NCBI GenBank assembly: GCA_964349125.1
Contig: CAYGFH010000001.1
Location: forward strand, 197,408-261,407
Direction of reading: 5' to 3'
Origin: an uncultured Gammaproteobacteria bacterium
GTDB taxonomy: Bacteria; Patescibacteriota; Microgenomatia; UBA10105; UBA927
Length of the DNA stretch: 64,000 nucleotides
The notes beneath the pieces are model-generated. The model had not been told where the DNA came from, did no database searches, and saw only the letters and a list, made by a program, of their open reading frames with translations. This document shows, piece by piece, positions 1 through 9,680 of the stretch. The stretch's first letter is position 1. Every line of letters begins with the position of its first letter. A program made the position numbers and the translations under genes.

Positions 1-98
1 AACTGAAGGGTTGCATTGCCCTGGACATAGTAAAAAGATGCTATACCGGCTCCGAGTATAATCAGGAGGACAATATAATGCATGAGAGATTTTTTCAT
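1..98 (-). CDS. Partial CDS (N-terminus only, runs off window start): hypothetical secreted/membrane protein
   Basis: Minus-strand ATG at 98-96 overlaps the stop of the upstream gene (ATGA overlap). It translates to MKKSLMHYIVLLIILGAGIASFYYVQGNATLQ, a signal-peptide/TM-like N-terminus. Confidence 0.35.
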   Translation of the reverse strand, partial: MKKSLMHYIVLLIILGAGIASFYYVQGNATLQ

Positions 99-1081
99 AG
101 AAGTGCTCCTCTGCCCACAGAACCCGCCAGAAGTATGATAGCGCCCAGGAATAAGAAATGGGCTATGTTATGACCCGCTACCCGGACTATCTTTTTTCTG
201 GATACCACCCAGGCATCCAACAGTAATACCCCCATCAAAACACCTGCAAATATAAACACTATATCGCGGGTGAGTGTCGGTATATTTATCTTCGGGGTCC
301 GTAGTACGCTATCAAACGGATTTGAGGATCCTGCCACAAACGCCGCGGGGGAAGACGGCACCTCTACAAGTACAGGCGCCTCGGGCGCAACAGGAACAGT
401 CGTCACAACAGGAGCAGAGGTCACAATTGGAGTGGGCTCAGTTGCCAATGCTTTTTCCACAATAACAGGCGCGGAAGCAGGAGCAGGCTTACTTGCGATG
501 GAATCGGCGGATGCCCCGAACATCTGCACAACGAGTGTGGTTTCTTCGCCATTGAGTTTTCCATTGACCACTGCAAATCCTATTTCTTTATAACTGGGCT
601 TTATAATGTTTGCCCAATGCGTCGGTGATGCCTTCCATGCGGCAACAACACCCTGACTGTTGGAAAAATTTTTCGCCAGATTCTCACCCGCCACCACGTA
701 GCGATACCCTGATCCGGAAATGAAATCCCAAGGAGTGGTGCCAGTGGGGCTGGTATGCGCCCAATATCCTTTTTCAAACATATCCTGCGCTTTGCGGGCG
801 GCAGCCTCGGACAATTGCTGATTCAGCGTGAGTTGTTGCAGTCCTGCGGCAGTCCTCTCGGCGTTCGTGTTGGCAAGCAGTGACTGGATGTTTATGTCTG
901 TGGCGTAGCCCAATACATCCGGCATGACAGTGTGCACACTCTTGAGGCCAAAGTTCACAAGGGCAAATAAAAGTACGTATCCAAACAGTGCGTCCAGATG
1001 GAGCGCTTTTGATCTGTGATTATTGGAAGGATGAGGCACAAAGAAATGCCTGAGCACATGTGAAACCTGCATATATACCAC
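95..1081 (-). CDS. CAP/SCP (YkwD-like) domain protein with Thr/Pro-rich linker and C-terminal TM anchor
   Basis: GYWAHTSPTG...VAAWKASPTHWANI...EIGFAV matches the CAP/SCP fold. Followed by a T/P/V/A-rich low-complexity linker and a hydrophobic C-terminal helix. Confidence 0.7.
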   Translation of the reverse strand: MVYMQVSHVLRHFFVPHPSNNHRSKALHLDALFGYVLLFALVNFGLKSVHTVMPDVLGYATDINIQSLLANTNAERTAAGLQQLTLNQQLSEAAARKAQDMFEKGYWAHTSPTGTTPWDFISGSGYRYVVAGENLAKNFSNSQGVVAAWKASPTHWANIIKPSYKEIGFAVVNGKLNGEETTLVVQMFGASADSIASKPAPASAPVIVEKALATEPTPIVTSAPVVTTVPVAPEAPVLVEVPSSPAAFVAGSSNPFDSVLRTPKINIPTLTRDIVFIFAGVLMGVLLLDAWVVSRKKIVRVAGHNIAHFLFLGAIILLAGSVGRGALL

Positions 1082-1138
1082 TATATCGCACTTTCACAAA
1101 AAAATGCTATACCCTATCGGGACAGCGGGCACCGTGCG

Positions 1139-1774
1139 TTATTCCTCAGAAGCGTCAGAACCGGTGTCAGCGGACTCCTGTCCAAGCATAATGATGACGG
1201 TTGTTTCTTTTGCGCTGTCTGACCGCGATACTGATACAGTGCCGCTGTATGCGTTTTTTGTGATCGTCGTTGTGGATGTATCTCCCTGTGCGTAGGTCGC
1301 GGTTTCCTTATAACCGGACTTAGCAAGTTCTGCTTTGTAGAATGCAGACACTTTCTCGTATGAATCGGGAGTGGTAAATGTCAACCAAAATCCCATCCCG
1401 TTTGATTTTTCTGATCCTGACATGGAGCTAAGCAGTTTCATGCCCGGGTACAGCGGAAAATCGGAAGGAAACGATGAGGGAATTTTATTTGATCCGATAT
1501 CTATTGATGTTCCCGTTTTTTCATCGGTAAATGTCATTTTTCCTTTTTCCAGATCCTGTATGTTTGTCTTTACTCCAGTCTTTTCTTCTATGGCCTTTTG
1601 CACTATCCCTGTGCCGATTTTTTTTGCAAAAAAGTTAAATGCCAGGGATCCGATGATACCGAGTATCACAATAATTATCAGACAGCCTATACCGACATAG
1701 AGAAGCGTGTTAGAGGATTTTTTTTCTGCATTTTTTGTTTCTGCCATGGTGCCTCCTATAAATAAATGTAACAA
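1139..1774 (-). CDS. Hypothetical membrane-anchored (N-terminal TM) protein
   Basis: N-terminal hydrophobic segment LLYVGIGCLIIIVILGIIGSLAF; no recognised domain. Confidence 0.5.
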   Translation of the reverse strand: MLHLFIGGTMAETKNAEKKSSNTLLYVGIGCLIIIVILGIIGSLAFNFFAKKIGTGIVQKAIEEKTGVKTNIQDLEKGKMTFTDEKTGTSIDIGSNKIPSSFPSDFPLYPGMKLLSSMSGSEKSNGMGFWLTFTTPDSYEKVSAFYKAELAKSGYKETATYAQGDTSTTTITKNAYSGTVSVSRSDSAKETTVIIMLGQESADTGSDASEE

Positions 1775-1788
1775 TTCTGATTGTACGT

Positions 1789-2094
1789 TTAGTATTTGGC
1801 CTTGGCAAGCTCATGTTTCCCGTTTACGGGAATATTGTAGAGAAACGATAGAGTATTTGCTATAGAAATCCCCACGCGGACACCGGTAAATGAGCCCGGA
1901 CCTGTATTGACATTGATGTCCGTGATATCAGTAAAATTCAATTTTTCTTTCTTCAGAAGCGACTCAATAAGAGGGAGCGTCATCTGCGATTTGAGTACCC
2001 GGGAGTCCGATTCCATGTAAGCCACACGCCCGTCAATATGTAGTGAAATTCTGGTCACGTTCATGGAGGATGTATCGATCGATAGTACTACCAT
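1789..2094 (-). CDS. tsaB: tRNA t6A biosynthesis protein TsaB-like (short YeaZ N-terminal domain)
   Basis: LSIDTSS...NTGPGSFTGVRVGIS is the Kae1/YeaZ family signature. Only about 100 aa, so a truncated or minimal TsaB. Confidence 0.6.
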   Translation of the reverse strand: MVVLSIDTSSMNVTRISLHIDGRVAYMESDSRVLKSQMTLPLIESLLKKEKLNFTDITDINVNTGPGSFTGVRVGISIANTLSFLYNIPVNGKHELAKAKY

Positions 2095-2107
2095 ATGCGT
2101 TAGTCAG

Positions 2108-2710
2108 CTACAGTATAACACTTCCAAGCCTCAGTATTTTTGGCGGCTGTGCGCTACAGTCAACCACGGTTGATGCCTGGCCAACTGAACACTCACCCGG
2201 CAGTACGAAATCAACCAATGCGACAAGATTTGGATCAACCGCCCCAAAAGAATACGGCGTCGGTAAACCATGAAAATTTGCTGACGGTCCTAAAATAGGG
2301 ACACCGATCTGTTCAATGATTGTCAATATTGCATCATGATTCGGCATTCGGAATCCTACCGTATCTCCGCCACCCCGCACAAGCAAGGGGACCTTCGTCA
2401 CATCACACGTATCAATAATGGTTAGCGCTCCCGGCCAGTATTGGGACATATACTCCAAGGTGTATGAAGAAGGGTGGGAAAAATAGCTTTTGGCCATAGT
2501 TTCCCCCGAAACCAACACAGGAGTGGCCTGGGATGTCGGGCGCTTGCGGATATCAAATAACCTTGCCACACTCTCCTCACTATCCATACGGCAACCGATA
2601 CCAAATGCTGTATCTGTCGGAAAAATTCCTACGCCACCTCCGCGAAGAGTTTCTATAGCTTGCTGTATTTCAGATGATACCTGTTTATTGTTCATACGTA
2701 TCGACGTCAA
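2108..2710 (-). CDS. tsaC: L-threonylcarbamoyladenylate synthase TsaC (YrdC/Sua5 family)
   Basis: GGVGIFPTDTAFGIGC...RLFDIRKRP...LRLGSV YrdC-domain motifs. Confidence 0.8.
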   Translation of the reverse strand: MTSIRMNNKQVSSEIQQAIETLRGGGVGIFPTDTAFGIGCRMDSEESVARLFDIRKRPTSQATPVLVSGETMAKSYFSHPSSYTLEYMSQYWPGALTIIDTCDVTKVPLLVRGGGDTVGFRMPNHDAILTIIEQIGVPILGPSANFHGLPTPYSFGAVDPNLVALVDFVLPGECSVGQASTVVDCSAQPPKILRLGSVIL

Positions 2711-3152
2711 TCGTATGGGATCCGTCTTTCATGACAGTGAATCGTATATCCGTACGTGCTTTTGGCCTCAATGATCCCAGTTTTTCTGCCCACTCAATAA
2801 GCACACAGTTACGCGGGTCCGACATAATCTCAGGTAATCCGATCCCGATTAAATCGGAATCTGATGCTGTGCGATAAATATCGAGATGATAGAGATAGGT
2901 ATCTTCATACCGTGTACTGTATCGCTTCGCAAGTAAAAACGTTGGAGATAAAAGTCGCGATATAATTCCCAGCGCTCCTGCAAACCCTCTGGTAAATGTG
3001 GTTTTGCCGCTCCCAAGGTCACCAAACAGACAAAAGATGTGAGGATCGGGACTATGATCTGTCCACCGTTTTATTTGACGGTCAGCCATTTGTCGCCCAA
3101 AGTTTTCAGTCGCTTCGGCAGATGTGGAAATAATTGTCTGATGAGTATCCAT
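2685..3152 (-). CDS. tsaE: tRNA t6A biosynthesis ATPase TsaE (YjeE)
   Basis: P-loop LFGDLGSGKTTFTRGFAGALGI and SPTFLL...YHLDIYR typical of TsaE. Overlaps tsaC by 26 nt; its 5' end overlaps the VanZ-like gene. Confidence 0.8.
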   Translation of the reverse strand: MDTHQTIISTSAEATENFGRQMADRQIKRWTDHSPDPHIFCLFGDLGSGKTTFTRGFAGALGIISRLLSPTFLLAKRYSTRYEDTYLYHLDIYRTASDSDLIGIGLPEIMSDPRNCVLIEWAEKLGSLRPKARTDIRFTVMKDGSHTIDVDTYEQ

Positions 3153-3487
3153 GAAAGTAAAATTCCTATCGTATCAATTATAACATCGCGTGGGTGTCCT
3201 TCCCGAGTCGGAACCATTGTTTGATGGATTTCATCACTGGAGGCATATAACACGCAGAGAATGTACGCGAGAAAAAATGAGTACGGATAGGCAGCTCCCT
3301 GCGTCTCAAATCTCACTGCGCGGTATGCAAAGAAATATAAAATAGCGTATTCGATCACGTGAATTGTTTTGAAAAACAGGAAATTAATCGCATCCTGTTG
3401 AGATATCTGGACACTGCTTCGGGAAGACAACAGAAATATAGTTACCATCCACACAAGAACCGGCAGCCAGGCAACTATTCGTTTCAT
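3071..3487 (-). CDS. VanZ-like family membrane protein
   Basis: Multi-TM protein with the SDEIHQTMVPTREGHPRDVIIDTIG motif characteristic of the VanZ family. Confidence 0.65.
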   Translation of the reverse strand: MKRIVAWLPVLVWMVTIFLLSSRSSVQISQQDAINFLFFKTIHVIEYAILYFFAYRAVRFETQGAAYPYSFFLAYILCVLYASSDEIHQTMVPTREGHPRDVIIDTIGILLSWILIRQLFPHLPKRLKTLGDKWLTVK

Positions 3488-3499
3488 ACCGTATTATAC

Positions 3500-4339
3500 C
3501 TATTTATCCTCGGATTTTGAAATTTGTGTATGAGTTTTCCAGGCAAACAATCCGGAAAGAAGACCAAATCCCATGGCGATTAGGACAAATGAAATAATAA
3601 ATGGTTTCATGCTGTCCCTACGTATAGCCCCTCGACTAGCCGGTAGTGCCGTTTCCGCGCCCAGAACGAGAAATGTCGCAGAGACCGATGATTGATCAAC
3701 TTCACGGGCGATATCTGTTGGTGAAAATGCAATGGAAATGGCCTTTGTAGGAGATGCACTGGCAGGAACAGCGGTGGGTGGCACACTTGTAGACGTTGGC
3801 GTATGGGTCGGCTGAGGCGATGGAGATAACGTGGGTACAGGTGTGACAGTGTGCGTGGGACTGGATGTAGGAGACGGACCTGTGATTGCAATCGTTTTTT
3901 CCTGTGACCAGGTAGGTGCACCGCAACTTCCCGTGTATCTGCCCACCTTAAACTGGTATTCACCTGGCCCGGTATAGTATGCACTGGCGGTATCAGGTTT
4001 AACCTTCAATGTACCGCTCCATGTCCCGCCGTTTAACATGCCTGTCGATATAGTGAAATATTTCGTGCATGAACCGCCGGGAGCGTTAACCCACGCACCG
4101 TCGGAGGATCGGGTGAACCCAAAATAACTGTTGCTTCCCGCCGGAAAAAATACTGCGCGGATATACGAATCGCTCGTGCAATTCGCACATTCAAACAGGA
4201 CTGATATATCCTGTTCTTGAGCCTGATCAATAGAAAGCGGAAGGTCCTGAAGTGAGAGCGAAACAGCGTGAATTTGGGGCAGAAATGTACCCAACAATAG
4301 CACCACACATACCATCATGAATATGACAGCAGGTTTCAT
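3500..4339 (-). CDS. Secreted protein with Thr/Pro/Ser-rich linker and C-terminal TM anchor
   Basis: N-terminal signal peptide, Cys-containing globular region, a PTxTP-rich low-complexity stretch, and a C-terminal hydrophobic helix followed by a basic tail. Confidence 0.55.
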   Translation of the reverse strand: MKPAVIFMMVCVVLLLGTFLPQIHAVSLSLQDLPLSIDQAQEQDISVLFECANCTSDSYIRAVFFPAGSNSYFGFTRSSDGAWVNAPGGSCTKYFTISTGMLNGGTWSGTLKVKPDTASAYYTGPGEYQFKVGRYTGSCGAPTWSQEKTIAITGPSPTSSPTHTVTPVPTLSPSPQPTHTPTSTSVPPTAVPASASPTKAISIAFSPTDIAREVDQSSVSATFLVLGAETALPASRGAIRRDSMKPFIISFVLIAMGFGLLSGLFAWKTHTQISKSEDK

Positions 4340-4352
4340 GGATCACCATGTA

Positions 4353-5492
4353 CTATTGTACATGCAAATACAATGATACGACCCCATCCGCATGCTCAAT
4401 ATATTTGATTTTTATGATACTACTTGAACCGCATGCCTGACTGGATGAATACAGAGTGCCGTCTTTTGGTGCACGAATAACGGTGCTCGAAGTAGAGATC
4501 ATATCCATCCCGGTATGAACACCACTTGAGTATGTGTATCGCCAAGAATACGGAGTTTTACCGTAGTACTGTGTCAACCGGACGGTATCTTGCAAAGGCC
4601 AACCCCAATCTCCACTACCGATTGTTCTACTGCCACCATTTTGGTCATCTGCTACGCTTTTTGAAGATAAATATGCACCGGGATCTGTCCATGAATTGTT
4701 CTTTCGAACTTCAAAATGCAAATGCGCACCCGTTGAACACCCCGGATAACCTGTGTTACCGACCAATGCGATCGGGTCTCCCTGCTTCACAGGGCCTAAT
4801 GATACTCCTTGGATAAGTGCCTGTTCGATAGCGGTTTTTTCAGCAAGTGCCTGTGCCAAGAGTTTTTGATACACCGACTCACTGTTCTTTGTCTGTTCTA
4901 GTAATATCTGTTTTTCTCTTTTTTGCCTGTCCAGCTCCCAGGATTGCTGCTCAAATTGCACTTTGAGCGATTCATGCTGTACCTTCTTTTTTTCACGGAG
5001 ATCTTTTCTTTCACTATAGGTGTCCTGCACGTTCTGAAGTTGACGGTATAACATGGTATCTTCATCCTGTACATGGGAAAGATATTTGATTCTACTCATG
5101 AAATCTGAAAAATCCTTACTAAACAGAAGCACGCCAAATTGAGACACCTGATAGCGTTTGTATGTCTCAGGAATTCTGTGTAATACCAATTCAAGGCGCT
5201 TTGTTTTGAGCGTCTCCAGTCGTTCAATCTCATCATTTAATTCAGTGATCTCGGTAGATAGCTTTGAAATTGCATCTTTTATACTGCTAAGCCGAAGTGT
5301 AGTCAGCGAAATCTGAGACGTGATGATATTTATTTGTTTGGATAAACTGTTTTCCTGTCCTTGAAGTTCCGTTATCTTTTTTTGAAGTTCGTCGATGTTT
5401 TTTTGCTGATCACTAGAAGCCTGGGCAAACACAGGAGTGACACACATACACAGTAGTAGTACTCCCAATAATACGTTCCGGATTTTTATCAT
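4353..5492 (-). CDS. M23 family metallopeptidase with N-terminal coiled coil (EnvC/murein hydrolase activator-like)
   Basis: Long coiled-coil N-terminus plus C-terminal GNTGYPGCSTGAHLHFEVRKNNSWTDP M23 catalytic motif. Sits immediately downstream of ftsEX. Confidence 0.8.
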   Translation of the reverse strand: MIKIRNVLLGVLLLCMCVTPVFAQASSDQQKNIDELQKKITELQGQENSLSKQINIITSQISLTTLRLSSIKDAISKLSTEITELNDEIERLETLKTKRLELVLHRIPETYKRYQVSQFGVLLFSKDFSDFMSRIKYLSHVQDEDTMLYRQLQNVQDTYSERKDLREKKKVQHESLKVQFEQQSWELDRQKREKQILLEQTKNSESVYQKLLAQALAEKTAIEQALIQGVSLGPVKQGDPIALVGNTGYPGCSTGAHLHFEVRKNNSWTDPGAYLSSKSVADDQNGGSRTIGSGDWGWPLQDTVRLTQYYGKTPYSWRYTYSSGVHTGMDMISTSSTVIRAPKDGTLYSSSQACGSSSIIKIKYIEHADGVVSLYLHVQ

Positions 5493-5504
5493 GCCTGGTA
5501 CTAA

Positions 5505-6452
5505 TTATAACTTCAAATATCGGCCAAGCGCGACAAGGCTGCCGATTGATCCAAGTAAGAATCCAACGGCAGTCAAAACGAACAGCATGGCCAGATTGGC
5601 AACTATAAATGGAGATGATGTCGGATTGCCCAGTATAAACTGTACAGTTGGAATCATACCGATAAAGCCCAGCAGAACTGGACGGATCCACATGAGAAGC
5701 CCAGTAATAATGACCCATGAAATACTGGCACCGAAAAACCCATACATACCGCCCTCCAGGACAAATGGCATACGTACATACCACGGTGACGCTCCAATAA
5801 GCGTCAGGATTTCTATCTCATCCTTCTTCAATGCTATCTTCATCCCAATTACGGTCATAATTATGAGAATGGAGTTAATGCCAAAAAGTCCCACCATCAC
5901 TAAACCCACCATCCGAATCGCGTTGGTCCACATAAGCAGCGTGTCCACGACATCTTTTTGAAATATTACTTCTTCCACACCTGGCGCCTGTTTTATCACA
6001 GGTTCGAATTCATGTAAGTATTCCGGATTTTTTGCTGATACTTCGAGAGATGCGGGAAGGCTTTCCACAGTGACCATTTCCAGAAGCAACGGATCATTTT
6101 TGTTTTGTTCCTTATAAATTGCGAGGGCTTCGGCTTTGGACACATATTTCATGGAATCGACTTTACCCGTTGCCTCCAAAGTTTTTTTGAGCGCGTCAGC
6201 ATCTGCCACAGTGGCTACATTTTTAAAGAAGACGGAAATTTGTGGTTTGCTCTCAAAATACTGGAGGACGAATGATGATCCCAGCGTGATGAGGAAAAAT
6301 ACGCCGGCAAGAAGCATTGTCAGAAACATGGTCATGATGGCGACCATGCTTTGATATGGACTCCTTCGAATGTGTTTCCACGCATTATGCATTGCTTGCA
6401 TGTTTTCCTTTCCCTCGAACCGCCACTCTGTATTTACCCTTTTCTTCATCAT
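5505..6452 (-). CDS. ftsX: Cell division ABC transporter permease FtsX
   Basis: FtsX topology with four TM segments and a large periplasmic loop; follows ftsE with a 68-nt overlap. Confidence 0.85.
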   Translation of the reverse strand: MMKKRVNTEWRFEGKENMQAMHNAWKHIRRSPYQSMVAIMTMFLTMLLAGVFFLITLGSSFVLQYFESKPQISVFFKNVATVADADALKKTLEATGKVDSMKYVSKAEALAIYKEQNKNDPLLLEMVTVESLPASLEVSAKNPEYLHEFEPVIKQAPGVEEVIFQKDVVDTLLMWTNAIRMVGLVMVGLFGINSILIIMTVIGMKIALKKDEIEILTLIGASPWYVRMPFVLEGGMYGFFGASISWVIITGLLMWIRPVLLGFIGMIPTVQFILGNPTSSPFIVANLAMLFVLTAVGFLLGSIGSLVALGRYLKL

Positions 6453-7098
6453 GAATAATTTTCCCCTGATCCAGGGTAATTGTTCGTTTCTTCATATCAT
6501 TTACTATTGATTCATTATGTGTAGCCATGACAATGGTTGTGCCGATCTTATGAATTTCTTTCAAAATATCCAAAATATCCCATGAAGTTTGCGGATCCAA
6601 ATTTCCCGTTGGCTCATCCGCCAAAAGGATTGACGGGCCACCAACGATAGCCCGAGCTATTGCGATACGCTGCATCTCCCCCGCCGACAACTGCAGTGGA
6701 AAATAATTTTTCCTGTGCTCCAGACGCACGAGTTCCAACACATCCATGACACGGCTGGAAATTTCTTTAGTCGGCTTGCCCAGGATTTCCAATCCCAGGG
6801 AAACGTTTTCATACACCGTTCTGTCCATGAGCAGCTTAAAGTCCTGAAATACTGTGCCCACGTGTCTTCTCAGTTTATAAATCTGAGAAGGTGCGAGGGA
6901 AAAAACATCCCATTGGTCTACATGAAGAGAGCCCTCTGATGCGATGATTTCATGGATAAGCAACCTAAGAAGTGTTGTTTTTCCGGCTCCTGAGTGTCCA
7001 ATCAAAAATACAAACTCACCGTCTTGTATTTCAACGGTTATATCAGACAGGGCGCTATGCCCGGCATACTTTTTTGAGACATGGTCAAATCGAATCAT
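6385..7098 (-). CDS. ftsE: Cell division ATP-binding protein FtsE
   Basis: Walker A GHSGAGKTT, ABC signature LSAGEMQR, Walker B ILLADEPTGNLD. Confidence 0.9.
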   Translation of the reverse strand: MIRFDHVSKKYAGHSALSDITVEIQDGEFVFLIGHSGAGKTTLLRLLIHEIIASEGSLHVDQWDVFSLAPSQIYKLRRHVGTVFQDFKLLMDRTVYENVSLGLEILGKPTKEISSRVMDVLELVRLEHRKNYFPLQLSAGEMQRIAIARAIVGGPSILLADEPTGNLDPQTSWDILDILKEIHKIGTTIVMATHNESIVNDMKKRTITLDQGKIIHDEEKGKYRVAVRGKGKHASNA

Positions 7099-7631
7099 TC
7101 CGAAATAGCTTCAAGCTTACCAACATCCATAAGCCAAGAGACCTTTTTTGCACCCATTGTTTGTCCCCACACTGTTACCTTTTTGCCGACGTATTCATCC
7201 AGATCTACGATCGAGGAAATAAGATACGCTGTTTGTGAAGGACCACCTTCTCGTATAAGTTTGTGCGTACCTTCTCCATTGAGCCCACCCATTTCGATAA
7301 TACCGGTTGCTGTGTCTTTAAATGTTTTTGTATCTGTGCTCCCGACGGCATTTCCGCTCTCCACAATTGCTGTCTTTGATGAGGAGGCAACACCCGCAAC
7401 AACAGCGCTTTTGGATAGGAAATATCCCGTGGTAATACCCAGTGCAATTACGACCACATATACACCCAAAATAACATGTGAATTAAATTTCATAGTTTCT
7501 TTCTGTTCGACATCAACCTCGGATTCAATAGACCGAACCGGCGAAACAGTGTCGGATTTTTTTTCTAAATCTCCCGCTGGGACCGAAGGACGAATTATTC
7601 GTTTACTTTCCATATTCCGAACCTCCCCCAT
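7095..7631 (-). CDS. Hypothetical single-pass membrane protein
   Basis: TM helix VILGVYVVVIALGITTGYFL; ORF end overlaps the ftsE start by 4 nt (operon context). Preferred over the antisense ORF 7081..7659. Confidence 0.45.
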   Translation of the reverse strand: MGEVRNMESKRIIRPSVPAGDLEKKSDTVSPVRSIESEVDVEQKETMKFNSHVILGVYVVVIALGITTGYFLSKSAVVAGVASSSKTAIVESGNAVGSTDTKTFKDTATGIIEMGGLNGEGTHKLIREGGPSQTAYLISSIVDLDEYVGKKVTVWGQTMGAKKVSWLMDVGKLEAISE

Positions 7632-7650
7632 CTATAATCATTATTACCGT

Positions 7651-8661
7651 TTACGATGATTTTTTCAAGTACGCTACTATGAAATCTTCTATATCTCCGT
7701 CGAGCACCCTGTCTGTATTGCCCGTTTCAAACTGCGTGCGTAAATCCTTGACCATATGATATGGGTGAAGGACGTATGATCGAATTTGATTCCCCCATCC
7801 TGGCGTTTTATATGCACCCTTAATTTTACTTTGTGCTTCTTTAGCTTCCTGCTCCCGAAGCGTCCATAATTTTGCCTGGAGAATTTTTAATGCGTATTCC
7901 CTATTTTGACCCTGATACCGTTGTGCCTGACTGGCCACGATGATGCCGGTCGGTTTATGTGTTAGGCGAACCGCTGTTGATACTTTGTTTACGTTCTGCC
8001 CGCCTTTACCACCCGCACGATAAAAATCCCATTCCAGATCCTCATCCTTAATCTCGATATCAGCTCCCTCATCCAGTATGGGAAGCACCTCCACCATCGC
8101 AAAGGATGTCTGTCTGAGATTATCGGCATTAAACGGTGACTGTCTGACTAGTCTATGGACACCCACCTCAGCCTTCAAAAACCCGTAGGCAAATCCTCCC
8201 GAAACGCTCAGTGTAATGCTTTTTATCCCTGCTTCATCACCTGCGGTGTAATCAATCTCATCTGATTCCCATCCTTTGCGCTCTATGTACCTGCTGTACA
8301 TACGGTAGAGCATTTGGGTCCAATCCATCGCTTCGGTCCCCCCCTGTCCGGCATGCAGCGATAGAATTGCATCGTTTCTGTCATAGGGACCTGAAAGGTA
8401 CAGCGAAAATTCCAGTTTTCCCACCTCCCGTTCCAAATCCTCTGCGGCATTTTCCGAAATATACAGCTCCAGCATCTCTCCCTCTTCCAACTCTTTCTGG
8501 AGTTCAGCTATTTTTTTCATTTTTTTTGCGGCAGCCTGCGGATCGTTCCAAAAACCGGGGTGCGTGCTTACGGCTTCCAGCTCACGGATTTCCCGCCGTT
8601 TACTATCGAGGTTTAATTTTTCCAGCACGCTTTTTGCGCGTGATTTCAATTCTTCATCCAT
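7651..8661 (-). CDS. prfB: Peptide chain release factor 2
   Basis: GGQ motif ([17 protein letters not shown]) and SPF tripeptide (QSPFNADN) specific to RF2. The ORF is uninterrupted, with no +1 frameshift site. Confidence 0.9.
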   Translation of the reverse strand: MDEELKSRAKSVLEKLNLDSKRREIRELEAVSTHPGFWNDPQAAAKKMKKIAELQKELEEGEMLELYISENAAEDLEREVGKLEFSLYLSGPYDRNDAILSLHAGQGGTEAMDWTQMLYRMYSRYIERKGWESDEIDYTAGDEAGIKSITLSVSGGFAYGFLKAEVGVHRLVRQSPFNADNLRQTSFAMVEVLPILDEGADIEIKDEDLEWDFYRAGGKGGQNVNKVSTAVRLTHKPTGIIVASQAQRYQGQNREYALKILQAKLWTLREQEAKEAQSKIKGAYKTPGWGNQIRSYVLHPYHMVKDLRTQFETGNTDRVLDGDIEDFIVAYLKKSS

Positions 8662-8673
8662 GCAAACATTGTA

Positions 8674-9069
8674 TCATGGGGAGACTGCAGGAACTTCGGC
8701 AGGCTTACACAGGGCGTCCTGTATATACTGTTTTTGATCATCTGGGAGCTTATCAAACTGCCGGGTAAGCTCATTTACGGCGTTGCCAACCACAATTGTC
8801 TGCATACGTTTTTGTAGTGTGACTTTCACGCCGTTTACACCGTCTGCCGCCATTTTTCCAATGTTGATCGGCTCAGCATGCGCTTCGTCTGAGACGCCGA
8901 GTACCTGCGCTGCCTGCTGGCCGGGAACTGTTTTGATCGCAAAGTCGTGCACCTGTTGAAGCAACTGTGGACGCGGTTCGCGTGTCAAGCGCGGCCAAGC
9001 CAGACTGCCACCGGCTAATGATGTAAGTGCTACCGCGACTGCTAGAGTGAACTGAACAACTGGTCCCAT
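8674..9069 (-). CDS. Hypothetical secreted protein
   Basis: N-terminal signal peptide MGPVVQFTLAVAVALTSLAGGSLA; no recognised domain. Confidence 0.45.
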   Translation of the reverse strand: MGPVVQFTLAVAVALTSLAGGSLAWPRLTREPRPQLLQQVHDFAIKTVPGQQAAQVLGVSDEAHAEPINIGKMAADGVNGVKVTLQKRMQTIVVGNAVNELTRQFDKLPDDQKQYIQDALCKPAEVPAVSP

Positions 9070-9194
9070 ATAGTGATATTATATACCCACCTTATATACG
9101 ATTTGCAGTCCTCGGTATTTTCAGTCTGCAAATCTATTTAGATGGGTTTATACTCAAAAATATTCAGATTTTTTGTGATATATCTAATACGTAT

Positions 9195-9680
9195 ATGATT
9201 ATTCTAGGAATCGATCCCGGTGTCGCCAGAGTTGGGTGGGCGGCAATTTCTGTATCAAAATCTGTTATCACTCCTCTCGGATTTGATTGCGTAGAAACCG
9301 CAAAAGAAAAAGCTCCCGAAGAACGTCTGTTTGAAATTCATGAAGCACTGCGGTCTATAATCAAAACATATAAGCCTGATGGTATGGCGGTTGAAGATTT
9401 ATTTTTTGCCACAAATGCAAAAACCGCGATATCCGTAGGACAATCCCGCGGAGTCATACTCCTGACCGCTTTTGAATGTCATATTCCCGTGGTATCATAT
9501 TCTCCGCTGGCAGTTAAAAGAACAATAACCGGGGATGGAAAAGCAGATAAAAAACAGGTAAGCCGTATGGTGACGCTCACGCTGAAACTTACAAAAACAC
9601 CGGTGTTAGACGATACGACTGATGCCCTCGCAATAGCCATGACACACGCGTATTCATATAAAATTAAGCAATTACAATGA
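9195..9680 (+). CDS. ruvC: Holliday junction resolvase RuvC
   Basis: MIILGIDPGVARVGWA N-terminus; RNase H-like fold with conserved acidic residues. Confidence 0.9.
   Translation: MIILGIDPGVARVGWAAISVSKSVITPLGFDCVETAKEKAPEERLFEIHEALRSIIKTYKPDGMAVEDLFFATNAKTAISVGQSRGVILLTAFECHIPVVSYSPLAVKRTITGDGKADKKQVSRMVTLTLKLTKTPVLDDTTDALAIAMTHAYSYKIKQLQ

Noticed and set aside
7081-7659. 192-aa plus-strand ORF
   Set aside because: Antisense to an ORF in operon context with ftsE; low-complexity Ser/Thr/Pro-rich translation typical of a spurious frame.
7651-8661. Programmed +1 frameshift in prfB
   Set aside because: The RF2 ORF is continuous from an N-terminal Met through the GGQ and SPF motifs; there is no in-frame UGA/CUU-UGA shift site.
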